Source: Callorhinchus milii (lineage: Eukaryota). Taken from it: DNA of 64,000 nucleotides. How positions within the stretch are numbered: position 1 is the first letter of the stretch; every line of letters begins with the position of its first letter. Shown here piece by piece: positions 1 through 13,800 of this stretch. The position numbers were made by a program, and so were the translations under genes. Location: contig NW_024704742.1 in the NCBI RefSeq assembly GCF_018977255.1, positions 93,250,001 through 93,314,000 of the forward strand, read 5' to 3'. Below the pieces are notes generated by a model. The model did not search any database. It was not told the DNA's origin and saw only the letters and a program-made list of their open reading frames with translations.

Positions 1-172
1 CTTCTCATGAGAAAAGAGTCCAAGCATGCTCAGCCTTTCCTGATAGGTATAACCTCTCAGTTCTGGGATCATCCTTGTAAATCTCTTTGCACCCTCTCCA
101 GAGCCTCTACATCCCTTCTATAATGTGGGGACCAAAACTGCACACTAAGTGTGGTCTAACCAAGGTTCTATA
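1..172 (-). mobile_element. CR1-type LINE ORF2 3' fragment
   Basis: Resembles the CR1 fragment at ~7340-7530 (catccttcta...gtggtctaaccaaggttctata). Confidence 0.65.
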
Positions 173-1068
173 GTCGCATTATAGTCTCCATGATATTATA
201 TTAAATCAGCTCATTATCCAAGAGGACAAAATCCCCACTGTTTAACTGTTAGTGCTACCACTGAGTGGTCCTGACAGTGTGGCTAACAACTGGAGCCCTG
301 GGGGGATTGGGAGGAGGCCGTGGGAAACTCAGGCATGAGTTTGTGTCCTGGGTGTGTTAGTGTGCCAATGAGCTGAATGTTCTTTTTCTTCTCCTCTACC
401 TTCAAGTTACTTTTACTACTTTTCAACATGATATAATTGTAACAAAATACAAGGTAGAGGGCCTAATCGAACCTGCACACCCTTTATATGGAATGACTGA
501 CCTTAGCTCACTTGAAGATTATTTAGTTTGTCTAATTGTGAGCCATTTCATAGCTTTCGTAATGGGTTGTGGCAATCCTTTACCAATGTGCTAATGTTGA
601 TGGGAAGGTCAGTGTAAATACAAGAACATTGGTTCCTTTCAAAAGATTTATTTCACAGAAGCTTGACAGTGAAAATGCTTACCTGAAGAACTGTAGGTTA
701 TCTGGTTAAACCGAGCCAAGAAGAGCCATTGGCATTGTGTTCAAACGGAAAGCTGCAAATATCTAAGAAGGAATCATACTCCAGTAATTGGAGCTGTTTT
801 TTTGGGGTCAGCTGGAAAGGTGTCTGTAAGAGCATCAAAACCAGTTAAAGTACAACTACACTATGTCTCAAAAGGAATGTGCACTCTCCAAGGAGAGGAA
901 CACACTACTTACCCAATCCTGGAGAGCATTAGTTACAGGGTGGCAAGAGTCAAGGCTTGGGGCCCCAGAGTGAGCATTAGGGTAACTGCTGGATTATTTC
1001 AAAGTTCAGGGAGCTATTGTAGGAATCGCAATAACCTGCTGTAGTATTTAGTTTCAAAGTTGTGAGTT

Positions 1069-1200
1069 AAGAACATAGGAACAGGAGAAGGCCATTCAGC
1101 CACTTGAATCTGTTCCACCACTCTATTAGATAATAGTTGATCTGTACCTCAACTCCGTTTACCCGCCTTTACTCCATATCCCTTGATACTCTTACCTAGC
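1069..1200 (-). mobile_element. CR1-type LINE/SINE 3' tail
   Basis: aagaacataggaacaggagaaggccattcagcc is the reverse complement of the tail at ~48935-48971. Confidence 0.65.
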
Positions 1201-3603
1201 AAACGTTCTGTTGCCTGTCACATGGAAAAGTATCTCAGTGTTCTCAAGGCTTATAGAATCGGCATCCTGATGCACATTAAGAGTTTGCAGTTCAAACCCT
1301 GATTATTGTCAGAAGAGAACCTGCTGCATAATTCCTCAGAAATCTTTTTGTTCTAAAACAAGAGAAACCAGGTATGTCAACGTCAACATCTTCTGGACAG
1401 GCCGAGATATTCATTATTGAGGCAATGTATTCAATGATTGTAATTTAAAATGCAAATGAGGCTTTTCATGCCTGATCTGAAGGCAAAAGCTGAGAGCTTG
1501 TTCATGTCATCCATCATCCAGCGCCTTGCTCAAATGGTTGTTGTAAATGTGGGGAGGACACTGGCCTTTGGAAAGCATTACAGTCTAATTTATCGCACAA
1601 TCGTTGCCTTCCAGCTGTATTGCTGCGTCAGGACTGGGAGCACTGTGAATTTTTTTAACATTTGCCTTCCATAAACAGTCTCTGTGGCCTCATATTCCTT
1701 ACTGAGTGATGATCGATCAGTGAGTGAAATGGAAGCTTTAAAGTGGTTTGGCTCATCCGAAGAAGTTTTTAGTTTCATGGAATGACTGGAAGCAGGTTAC
1801 TTATTCCATGTCGGTATGCAGTTTATGGGGAAGATACTGATCAAACTTTAACTAAGGTATTGAGATGATGTTTAGGTTTTCTCTTTCCAAGCTCTCCTGT
1901 TTCCTCCAGCCCTGGTTTTGTTTCTGAGCATTATTGGATGCAGTGCAGATCTTGCATTTATATAGTGTTCTTCATAGAAGATCTCTGATTGGTGTACAGG
2001 GTTGTGGTTGGACCCTGTGCAAAGGGAGAATGGGGAGGACTAGGTGACCATAGGCATAGTTAAGGAGATAGATTTTCAGGTGGGGTTGAAAGTAAAAGAG
2101 AGGGAGATACTGAGGGAATGAGGCAAGGAGATCCAGAGATTAATGGTGTGATGGCCAAAGGCTTAATCACTGATGGTGGCATGGAGCAGTCCAGATGTGC
2201 ACCAGGCCTGTGTGAGCTGAATGAAAGGGGCGGACAGAGGAGTTCGTCAATAAAGGACTTCCTACACACAACTTTATTGAAGAAATATGGGAACTGCAGT
2301 TGTTCTTTTGCTCCATTGAGCCTTCTCTGCCAATGTTTATTGGTCCTTGGCAACTCTATCCTTTCAATCCCGTTTCCCTGCATGTGTCGAGTGGTAAAGC
2401 TTTGAAATCTATGCAAACGAATGAGAAAAATCGATCCATTAAATGAACTATTATTGAAGGCATCTAGTACCAGAGGCAATTCATGCACAAAGGAGGTCCT
2501 GCTGTGGCAATGAATAGTACAACTGGCTATAGGTGAATCAATTTGCACCCAGCAATAAACTAGTTGAGGATGAAGAACTTTTAATCAATCGTGCATAACC
2601 TCTGCCGCTAACTTATCGCTTCGATTCGCCTTTGTACCATTTTCAGATAACGTTTCTTCATCACAGGGCTGTGGGGATAAATGTAGAATACACAATACCT
2701 GAATGCCTTGCATGCAATATCAACAGAGATGCTGAAAAGGGAGTTGGTATTGCCCCCCCCCCACCCCGACATTGCACTGTGAAAACTGTCCCAATCACTG
2801 CTACCAAAGTGAGTTAGTAGAACTTGTAGGATAGGAAAGGGAGCATAAAGTCATATTCCCAGCATTTCAGTAAAGATTGTGATATTGAACTGTATGTGCT
2901 GCCACAAATATCTTGTGTTCATCCCTTCTGGAAGTGCAGAGGCAACCCACTAAGAGTGAAGGGTTGAGCAAAGCAGAGTTGAGCTGGATGATCAATCGTG
3001 CAGTTTAGCAACAACTTAAGTATCTAAACAAACCAGGATTCCTGGTTTCGCCATCATCTTTTCTCACCTCTCCTTTGTGCGGTCACAGAACCTGCTGGTA
3101 CAAAACCACTATTTTCATAAGTGAAAATTAGGTGAGTTGTCAATGGTGTCTGGAGCCTGTAAAACTGTACTCCAGTGTGGTGAGGGGAGGCAAGGCAGAT
3201 ATATAAATAATTTGAATCTAACACTTATTTTATTTGCCAGAAAGCAAGATGATGAAATTGTATTGCTCAACCAAAAAGCTGGTGTGAAAGGAAATCTGGT
3301 TTGTTTGTTGGCTCAAGTGCACAGGATGTGGGTTCAAGACTCATGTCAGGACTTCGAGCTAACTGATCTAAGCTGACGCTTCATTGCAATGCTGGGAAAC
3401 TGCATTGTGGAAGGTGCTACTGTTTGAGACCTAGATTTACATGGATTGTACAGAAACAGGTCATTCAGCTCAATTAGACTGACTGTTTTTATCTTCTTGA
3501 ATCCCCATCTGCTCCTTACTCCCTCCCATACCCTTCTATCTCCTTCTGCCTTGTGTGCTTATCTAGCTTTCTCTTCAATACATCTATACTATCTGCTTCA
3601 ACT

Positions 3604-3928
3604 AATAATAATAATAATAATCCTTGCATTTGATATAGCGCTTTTCACGTCGGGAGGACGTCCCAAAGCGCTTCACAGAACACACTGTAAAGTGAATTGA
3701 CTGTATATTTGTGGGCGAACGCGGCAGCCAATTGCGCACAGCAATGTCCCACAAACAATCATGGATTGAAAATAACCAATTTATTATTGTTTTTGGTTTT
3801 GGAGGGATTATTATTAGGCGTGTGGAGTAAGGAAACTTGCCCAAGGTTTCGCCCTGACCTGCCTGGAATTGAACTCAGGTCTCTCACTTGCAAAGCGAGT
3901 GCTCAACCACTGAGCTACAGGACTCCAC
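3604..3928 (-). mobile_element. Young tRNA-derived Deu-type SINE, full length
   Basis: tRNA-like head with A box (TAGCTCAGTGG) and B box (GTTCAATTCC), central gctgtgcgcaattggctgccgcg, L2-like tail, (TTA)n; near identical to 49096-49411 and 57526-57838. Confidence 0.9.
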
Positions 3929-4254
3929 TGTAGCCACTGGGAGCAAATTCCACATTCTCTTCCCTCTGCATGAAATAATTCCTCCTAAATTCTCTTAGGG
4001 TTACCATGTTATACTTTGTGTCCCCTGGACAAAGACCCTAACAAGTGGGAACAGTTTATTCATGCTAACTATCAAACCCTTTTGGAATTTTAAATGCCCC
4101 TATTAGGTCCCATTTTAAACATCTCTTCTCTAGTTAAGAAGAAACTTTGGGAGAAGAGAGATTTTCACAGATAACCATCATCCACTTTGTTTTACCAGCT
4201 TGTTTATTCACCTCATGGCTGATTGTGGGAAATTGACTGTTGTGCTTGCCAATG

Positions 4255-4710
4255 TCAGTGTGGCTCACTTGGTAGTTTTGCTGCATCTGAGTCAGAAGCT
4301 TTGTGGGTTCAAAGCCGCACATTGGGATTTGGTACACATAGGCTAAGCTGCCACTGCAATGCAGTGTGGGGGGTATGCTGCATTGCTGGACGTGCCATCT
4401 TTCGGTTGAGACTTTAAACCGAGGCCCCATCTGCCTTCTCATGTGGACATAAAAGATTCCATGGCACTACTCAAAAGGAGAAGGGAGTTTCTCCCGGTGT
4501 CCTGGCCAACAACCACCACCCCCCCAAATAAAATTGGTCACTCATTCCATGAATGTTTTTGGAACATTGCTGTGTGTAAACAAGCAGCCACAAACTTAAT
4601 TCGCTCACAAAATACACAGTCACATCACTTTACAGTATATCCTGTGAAGCGCTTGAGACATCTTGATGATGTGATAAGGTGCTATATTAGATGCAAGTAT
4701 TATTTTATTT
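4255..4710 (+). mobile_element. Older tRNA-derived DeuSINE
   Basis: tRNA-like head, Deu-type domain (gccatctttcggttgagactttaaaccgaggccccatctgcc), shared tail. Confidence 0.8.
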
Positions 4711-6951
4711 ATTCATCATTAGATTTCACAGTAAATTTCCTGTGAAGCTTATGATAAAGTTAGCATAAATAAGCTATTCCCACATTTAAAAAAAACTAAA
4801 GGACAGATAGGCTTGTACTTGTGAAGACTGACCAGTTTAGTTAGCTTCAGTACGTTTCAAACTGCATTTTTTGTCTAAATCTCTTAACTTTTAGTGTCGT
4901 GCTCTGCATTGTGCAGCTTCAGCAAACTCGTTATTATAAACTGGCGAGAATTCCTGGTATTCTTGGCATACATACGATTGACTGCTCTCTATGCACTGAT
5001 CCTGCCTCGGCTGAACTTCTATGCAGTGTATAACAAGAGCCAATCGCTACACACGTGGCCAGTGTGGAATGCTGAAAGGTTCACATCTGCTTGTCACACT
5101 CGTTCCATTTGCATTTTGAGCAGCAGAATGTTTACTTTGTTTTAGATGCTCGGGCCAGCTCAGTTTGCTGAAGCTTGCCAGAAGGCTATGAAAAGCAAAG
5201 CAGCATTTCAAGCTTTCTTTTATTTTTTCAAGTGGAAAGATTTGCACCTTGCACTATCCTGTGTTTAGTCTGTACAGGAAAGCTGGGTATGGATCTAGTA
5301 CATTTTCTGCCCTACTGAATCCTGATGTGACACTGAGCTACAGAGAATAGGAAAGTATCAGGTTCAATCGCTGTACCAGACCTCTCTCTGTGTCTCAACT
5401 AGTTACTTAATACAACAAAGTCTCTCTTGGCTGTTTAAAAGATATAGAAATTTGTGTTATTGAGAGTTATGACGAAAGCCCAGAGCATGAGGATGTTTCA
5501 TTGCCACGTTCCAATAAATTACAACAGACTTGATGGCCTGAATGTCTTCCTCTTATTCTTGTTTTTCTATGTTTTGTATGACACAATAGTGAGGGAATTT
5601 ACAAGTTTCAACACCCCGACACAAGGGAAGGGGAAATCAGCGAGGGTTCTTACTCTTTATCTTTACTGGCCAATGTGCATATGTGAACAAGGATGGCGTA
5701 TCACTCACTAATACTTTAATCATCCAGCTTTGTGTGATCACTGTGTATAACGTACCAGAGTTCTGCTGTGTACTTGTACCATAGCATGAACTTGTACCTT
5801 AGCCTTCAGGAAAGATGAGTAAAAATACACTGGAAGAATGGTTAGGGGATAATTCTACAATGAGTCTATAATCCAATGTTTTCATTCATTTCCAATTTCA
5901 GATCTGTTTCAGAAAATACGTTTTTTTACTGTTTTCTACATGCTCCCTGTGCCTCTGTTATGTGACTTGTCTGTCCTTGTATAGCTGGACATTATGTATC
6001 TATATGAGATTTATACCATCAATTTGTATCTTGGTGGTAATCTGCTTTTCTGTAAATGAATATATCCTGTTGGAACACATCGCAAGCTTTAGCAGAATAT
6101 TTTCCTTGGGTGAAATGAGTATCCTTTCTACCTTGAAGGTGACTTCCATAATTTTATGCTGTTCACTGCAGGCATTAAGTCAAGATGATGGCAGATGAAG
6201 CTATTTGTTTGTAATTGATAGGTTGTTTGTTAATCCAAGTGGTCTGAATTCTTTGCTGAATCCTTATATTTGTATGGGATTAAAGCCACATTGTCTAAAG
6301 CCATTTTTTTCCTTTTGTTTATGCGTCTGAACAATTTGCAAGTTATACTGTTCTATATTTTTCATCGGTAAATGTGAATTGGAATCAATTTGTAAACTCA
6401 AAACATTTGCAGTAGATCTGTCTGCATTTTTTTTCTGATTTGTCATATTACTTGAATGTCCTTGGGCACCTGGGAAACCAGTCCATTGATGGTTTCAGGT
6501 AATGACGTTAACTTCAGGTGCAGACTTCTTTCAATGAGATGATACAAAAGGGATCTGAAAATTCCTATCTGCTGTAAAGATCAACTGTGCAAGAAGACTT
6601 TTGTAATCCTAGTCTGTTGGGGAAGAAAGGGGCTGAAGAAAGCTAGGTAGATGCTCCATTTACCAACACCTCTGGTATTGTATTGGAACTCAAACTAGCG
6701 CCTGAGAATCCAGCTCACATTTTATAATATTCACTTTTTCAGATCCTCTCATGATCAGTTTTCAGTTTCTCAGTTTCTTTCAGTAACTTTCAGAATGATT
6801 CAGCTGCCACTTCAGATCCTTTTTTGAGTCCAGAGAACCATGCACTCATTCCTGTTCTTTCACCAATATGCTGTTACTGTATGCACCCATTTTAAATGAC
6901 TCTTGTTTTTATTTTGTCTGACCTCCAAGAATTCTACAGTTTTTTTGAAAA

Positions 6952-7610
6952 GAGAATCATAGAATTATACAGCACAGAAGGAGGCAATTCAGCCCATCGT
7001 GTCTGTGCTGGCTTTTTGAAAAGAGCTGTCCAAATCAATCCCATTCCCCCGCTCTCTCCCCAGAGCCCAGGAAACTTGTCCTCCCCAAATAATTGTCTAT
7101 TTCTCTTTTAAAAGTTGTTATCAAATCGTTTTTCACCACCCTTTCAGGCAATGCATTCCAGATCCGAACAACTCACTGTGTGATAAAAATTCTTCTCGCC
7201 TCCCCTGTTTCTTTTAACAACTACTTTAAATCGGTGCCCTTGGGTTACAAACCCACCCTCCAGTTGAAATAGTTTCTCCTTGTTCACCCCATTGAATCCC
7301 TCATAATTTTGAAAACTTCTATTAAGTCTCCTCTTAGCCTCCTTTGCTCCAAGGTGAATAATCCTCGCTTCTGTAGCCTCTCCTGATAACTGAAGTCCAT
7401 CATTCCTGGTATCATCCTGGTAAATCTCTGTTGCACCCTCTCCAATGCCTTAACATCCTTCCTAAATTGTGGTGCCCAGAATTGAACAGTCTCCAGCTGT
7501 GGCCTAACCAGTGTTTTATAAAGGTTTATTATAACTTCCTGACTTTTGTATTCTATGCCCCTATTTATAAAGCCTAGTAACCTGTCCTGCCACCTTCAAA
7601 GATTTACTTA
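6952..7610 (-). mobile_element. CR1-type LINE 3' fragment
   Basis: agaatcatagaat tail, cagcccatcg, and degenerate ORF2 end. Confidence 0.75.
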
Positions 7611-9029
7611 TAAAGAAAAGCAGTAAAGGAAAGAAGAAAGCAGTTTGAGCTATTAGGTTTGGTATAACTTTTAAATTAAAAAAAAACTTTAAAGGTTTGC
7701 CACAAAGGCAATCACAATTCATTTTTTAGTTTGTCACTGCTATTTAAGTCATCATGCAGTCAATATCCCATCTGCATTTATTTATGTATTCATTAATGTG
7801 CCTAATTCACCACTCTGGCTAGCACATCACTGAGCCCTTTTCTTTTGGACTGATGAGTTATCAGGAGTTTGCAGTAATTCCTGTTGAGCTCTTAACTGTG
7901 ACATGTTTTAAGCTCTACAGGGTTTGCAGGAGGATGTGAGAACATGTTCTCTCTTAGGCACAAGTTCTTCTCCATTCTGATGTACTTAATAATTATTGTG
8001 GTCATGTCCCCGACTTCCTGTTTTATACAGTCATTTCCTTTTGTGAACTTTTAAGTTCCCTAGAAGCAGAACAAAAAGGGGTAGAGACTATTGTTAGTTA
8101 GCCTAACATGATTAGAAACGGCATGAATTGGTTCTTTTGTGCGGCTTTCCTTGTGATGTAGCCAGTGACGATTATTTTCAGACTGTACAAGTCAATCTGT
8201 TTGAAACGTTGGGTAAGCGACTTACACAGCAATTCTCCCGCCACCCCTTCCAACTGCAGTCAACTCCCTCTGTTATGATCGTAACAATTCCGCTATGCTG
8301 CTGCCATCCCACATTTCAGTTATGAGTGTCTTGTTACAGTTCAGTTCAACAATGAGTAACCAGTATTTTGGGATCAATGTTTGTAGTTAGCAGAAGGAAA
8401 TTGTTTCCCACCAAAGTCTTCCTCTTGCTGAAGCTGGGCAGCCCGGGGAGAGAAAGCTGATTTCACAGATCACCATTATTTTGCCCACAAAATATACTGT
8501 TAATTCACTTTATAGTATATTCTGTGAAGCACTTTGAGACGACTCAAAGACATGCTAAGCGCTATATCAAATGCAAGTATTATTATCCACAGGGGTGGTT
8601 TTCTTGTTATTAATAAAGGAAAATCTCTATGAACTAGTGGTGAAAGCTATGAATAATGTACCCCCAAAGCAGGGACGGGATAAGAATTGACATTTTAGGA
8701 CTGGAGTGGTTTATTAGTTCAAATTAGCTGGGAAGATTCTTGTCGATGAGCATGTTTGCGAGTACCTCCCACTATACCTAAGGAGATTCAGGTGTCGTCT
8801 TGGGGTTCTAGCAGTGTCGTTCGTAGTAGCCCCATCTTTCCAAGACTTGAGCGGCCATGTTACCCTGTACTGCAATATTAACCTCACTTCTGGAGGTAGA
8901 GACAGCCGTCTTTTTCTGGCTGACAGAATGCTCAAATGCTCAACCTTACTTGCAGGTCAGTGTGTGTGTTAACCACAAGCTGGTGAAGATCTTTCTTTGT
9001 ACACTGGGGACTTGCCAAAGTCGTGTTAA

Positions 9030-9472
9030 CCTGGCTCAATTGGTAGCGCTTTCACCTCTGAGTCAGATGGTTGCTTATTCAAGCCCAATGTGGGGACTTA
9101 GAATCACATATAACACTTATATACGACACTCCAATGCAGTGCTGGGCATGTGTTGTATTGTTGGATGTGCCGTCCTTCAGGTGAGACATTAAACCAAGAT
9201 CCGATTTGCCTAATGTTCAGGTGGACATTAAAGATCCTATTGGCACTATTTGAAAAGTAAAGGGAGTTTCTCCCGGTATCTTGACCAACAATCGCCCAAA
9301 TAAAATTGGTCCATCGTTCCAATGGCTGTTTGTGGTACACTACTGTGTCAAACCAGTTGCCAAGTTTGCCCACAAAATACAGTCAATCCACTTTACAGTA
9401 TGTCCTGGGAAACGCTTTGAGACTTCGCAATGACTAAATAAGCTGCAATATCAAAGGCAAATATTATTATTG
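9030..9472 (+). mobile_element. Older tRNA-derived DeuSINE
   Basis: Similar along its length to 4255-4710. Confidence 0.8.
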
Positions 9473-10721
9473 TTATAGTAAAGTAACTGCTCCCAAATTT
9501 TCATTTACATATGTCCGACCTATCTCTTCTGTTACAAAAATCCACACCGTTGTATAAATGAGGCACATTGTCAAAGAGCATATTGCTGTTTGTAAGCTAA
9601 ATACAACATTAAATTGTGTGGCTTTAGTAACCACCGTGGGTTTCTAGACCATATATATTGGAGAGGTTTGCCCACTCTCTGAATTACTCAAAACTTTTTT
9701 TTTCTGTTTATAAATGCAGCCTCAAGATGTGATTAAACTTCTTTATGTGAATTGTCTTCACCCTATAGTGAACTCTCCTTTTACAATTTTTCACCTTATG
9801 ATTGTTTGTGGAATGGAGTTTGTGAGGTGCACAAATTAGCTGCCATCGACAAAATACACAATTCTACATTAACTTCTGTGAAGCACTTTAAGACATCCTG
9901 ATGTGAAAGGCGGTATATCAAATGTAAGGAATTTTATTTATTTAAAATTGGACTTCAGGTTACCTGATTCACTGATTTCCCAATGATAACCAGGAGTATG
10001 AATACACAAAATAAAGAATATTGTACTTGGTTTACCGTACTAAGTTTGTCATTTTTTAGGTGCTTGTCCTGATGGCTACCATTTGTTTTATGCCTCACTC
10101 TCCATGCTTGTTTGTTGATTCCACAACAACTTTTAAGCAAACCTCACCCACTGGTCTTCTAAACCATAATAATAATTTGATATAGCCCCTTATCACGTTG
10201 TCTAGATGTTTCAAAGCGCTTCATGGGATGCACAGTAAAGTGTAGTGACTGTATTTTGGGGGGCAAAACTGACGCTGTTTGTGGGCTTACTTGGAAATGT
10301 GATGATTTTTGTGATAGTAATGAACATTTAGCTCCTCAATGCATTTTGCACAAAATGTGTTTGTCGTAATATATGGCTTAAATGTGGTCACAAGTGATGT
10401 CGGGAAACCTGGAAGTCAGTCAGTGTTTAGAATGGGAAACCGGCTATCGGGGCCTAGTTGAAACATGTGTCAATTTTTAAAAAAAACTCATTTCAAATGT
10501 TACTTTTTTAATAATAAAACCTGGATACTCCTGTATAGGTGCAGGCATCCAGTATTCATAGAAACATTTACATTTCAAGTGTTTTTTAAATTATTATATG
10601 TAAGATTTGTAATTTCCTATTTACCTTGTGCACAACAACTTGATATGTGTTTAAATATTGCAGTGATGTATAAGTTACCTATTGCAGCTTGATCTAACCT
10701 TGTGTTTTTTTCTCTTTCCAG

Positions 10722-10849
10722 GGTTTTTTATCATTTATGAGTGCTCCACTAATAGGTGCTTTATCTGATGTATGGGGGAGGCGATCATTTCTCTTGCTTA
10801 CAGTATTCTTCACTTGTGTCCCAATTCCTTTAATGAGGATAAGTCCATG
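10722..10849 (+). CDS. MFSD14A: MFSD14 exon 4 (128 nt)
   Basis: ttccag|GGT...CCA TG|gtaag; GFLSFMSAPLIGALSDVWGRRSFLLLTVFFTCVPIPLMRISP(W); contains MFS motif A (GxLSDxxGRR). Confidence 0.95.
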
Positions 10850-13800
10850 GTAAGAATTGCTGGCTGGAACAGTTGGATCACATGGGAAAATAGCTGAGTG
10901 GCTTGTGGAATGGAATGTGAAAATACTTTGCTGCGCAATTATTGTAATTGTAACTGTTATGTACGAACTGGCAGAGGAGCAGACCCCTTAATGATGGTAG
11001 TTCAGAATGGAATCAAATTGACATGCAACATGGAATTGTGATGTGTTCTGCCCAAATTTATCATGCATTGGAGAAAACCATGTCAACAAGCTTTATATTA
11101 AAGTATTTTATTGAGCAGTAAAGTCGAATTTGAGCTTTTAAAGCAACTAAAACTGTTTAATTACTGTAAGCATCGGTGTCCAAATAACAGGGTAAATCTC
11201 TTCAAATTGTGACCGTAAGTTTTAGCTTTGTGTGGTGTATGTATAATCTGTAACCTAATTTACTGAAGCAAAATATATCTAAAATTTATTAATTGATGTA
11301 GAGTATTATTATTAGATTGAAATGCAAATTTTCTAATTTTCCTGCCCTGGAGTTGCAGAGAAACTTGATAAATCTGATCCAATCCCTTTCTGTTTCATTC
11401 TTGTAGGTGGTATTTTGCTGTTATTTCAGTATCTGGGATCTTTGCTGTCACATTCTCGGTGATATTTGCATATGTAGCTGACATCACGCAAGAGCATGAG
11501 AGAAGTACTGCATATGGACTGGTAAGACTGTGTGTGTGTGTGTGGGTGAGAAAAATCAATGCACATAAAATATTTTGGGATCCCATTGCACCCTCTTTCT
11601 TGAATAATTTCTGCAGGTCTTGTGATGTCAGTCAACAAAACTTAGTTCTTTTTTAACCCCCTTTTCTTAAACTTCACTTTAATGCGCCTCACATGTTCAG
11701 CTGTGCCAATGAGCTACAGAAACCTTGAGATTAAACTTTTAAAATACCCAAAGCTTCGAAGCAAGAATGCTGAATTATTGAAGTGCTAATTAGAAGTGGC
11801 CTATTCTCCATTACTTTTTTATAGTGCAATGTCCTGAGAGAGACATTATGGGTTGCAGCTCCTAATTCATTGCTCAAAATGTACTGCATTTAGCTAAATA
11901 TAAAAGAAGCCTTGAAATCCATCTGTGGTATCTACTAACCGAGTATAGAAAAGGCTGAAAAATGGCAGCACTTATTAACCCAACTCTGTTCAAACAACTT
12001 TGGTTTTAAAGGTTTGCAAACACCAATGCCTCCAGTTGGTGGTAAATATTAACATCAAATTGCATTTATATAGTACCCTTTCATATTGGGATGTCCCAAG
12101 GCACTGAAATTAACCAGATTAGCCCCACAGTTCAGAAAATAAAGACAACTGTTGTACTGCGATGATTCTAGATAATTTGTGCCTTCGGTCGCCCTCCCAC
12201 CTCTCTACCTTCCCCCACCCCATCCCACCCCTACCCCATGCTCGGGTTCTGACCCCTGACTGTCTAGCGCCTTGGGACGTCCTCCCGACATGAAAGGTGC
12301 TCTATAAATGAAATTTTGTTGTTGCTGTTGCACTATGTCTGTTCTCCTCCCCCCACCCAGGTATTTCACTCTTTAAAATAAATAAAATCCCTGATGCGAG
12401 GTTTCTTGTGAATGAAGATGCTGTTTAAGTTTATAATGATATAATGTCTGCAGTTAGTTTTCAGTCTACCATGTCGATTGCGCATTGTTTTAAATTGGGC
12501 AGGTTTTTTTAAAGCTTTCCAAACTTGAGTCAAAACATGGTAGAGAACATAGTTGTCTTGCATGTGCTAAGGTTGCATTAGATATCTGTCCCTTTTGTCC
12601 TAGTTTAACAATGGAACGTCCCAATCAGTTGTACAGTACATTCAAACACTGCTTATATTGACTTATTACATGGTTACTTTAGAGGCAGCGACATCATGCA
12701 TTGTCTTTTTAAGTTTATTCTGATAACTTACCACACCTCTCTTGGGAATCAAATGAAGGTTCAGATGCAAAGTGGAGCTGACTAACAGCAGACAATGTCC
12801 TCACGGCACTGCTCACATTGTTTCTTCTATTTACAACAACTTATATTGATATAGGGCCCTTCACGCAGGGTAGCGTCCTAGAGCCACCGTTTAATGTAGT
12901 GATGATAATTCTTGCTTCTGATACTTGTGTCACATCCTTTTCTGCACTTTACTTAGTTTTTTGCAGATGAACATGGCAGCCAATTTTCTCACATCAATGC
13001 CCCACAATCTTCCATCTCGTTTGAATTCAGATTCTGTAAGATAGTTGAACCCTCTGTGCCCTTGTGAAGGTTTCAGTTTGATCATGCTGTTATTTTTAAA
13101 CTTATCCCTGTTCATTATCACAGGTAAAATTTATAATGATTTTTTTTCTCTTGCACACCATAACCCTTCATAGAATTATTACATTTTGATACAGCTTTAA
13201 TTGCATAATCAGATGCTAACATTGCCCTATTAACCACTGGATTCTATACATCCGTGTCCATGCTATTTTAGTCCAATATAGATAGCTATTTAGTATGTAA
13301 TTTAATTACAAATTCCGTTCTGATTATGGTAAATTGCTAGAATATTTTTTAATGAAAATGACGGCATTGTTTTTTTTCCCACCCCAGGTAGATTCCTACC
13401 TGGTCTATCAATGTCAGCTAACAACTTTAATCCCAATGCACTGCTCTTTCTCCCATGCCCTTTTATATCCCTCAACAATGTGTCCCAATTCTCTTTCAAA
13501 TGATCGGAGAACGGGTACTAGAAGAATTGGGTCTATTTTCTCTGGAATGGAAAAGGCTGAGGGGATATCTGATATGATCATTAAATTTGAGCGGTTTTGA
13601 TAGTGGATGCGGTGAAATAATTTCTGCTAGTAATAGAACAATTTAGGATTACCAAAGGGGTCATGAGATATTTTTTATTTAGAGTGTGAATGGCCCCTGT
13701 CAGATGCGATGGTCTACATAGGATTCATATTAGCTTTCAAGAGGGAACTAAATGGATATCTAACAGAGAAGTAATTTGTAAGGTCATGGGGAAAATGGCA

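Noticed and set aside
3855..3928. tRNA-Ala(TGC)-like sequences (also ~49096 and ~57770)
   Set aside because: They are SINE heads fused to SINE bodies, with no proper acceptor stem; not tRNA genes.
1..10721. MFSD14 exons 1-3 or promoter
   Set aside because: No match to the expected peptides (e.g. HETF..HTFLMNGLIQGVK) and no CpG island seen; probably upstream of the window.
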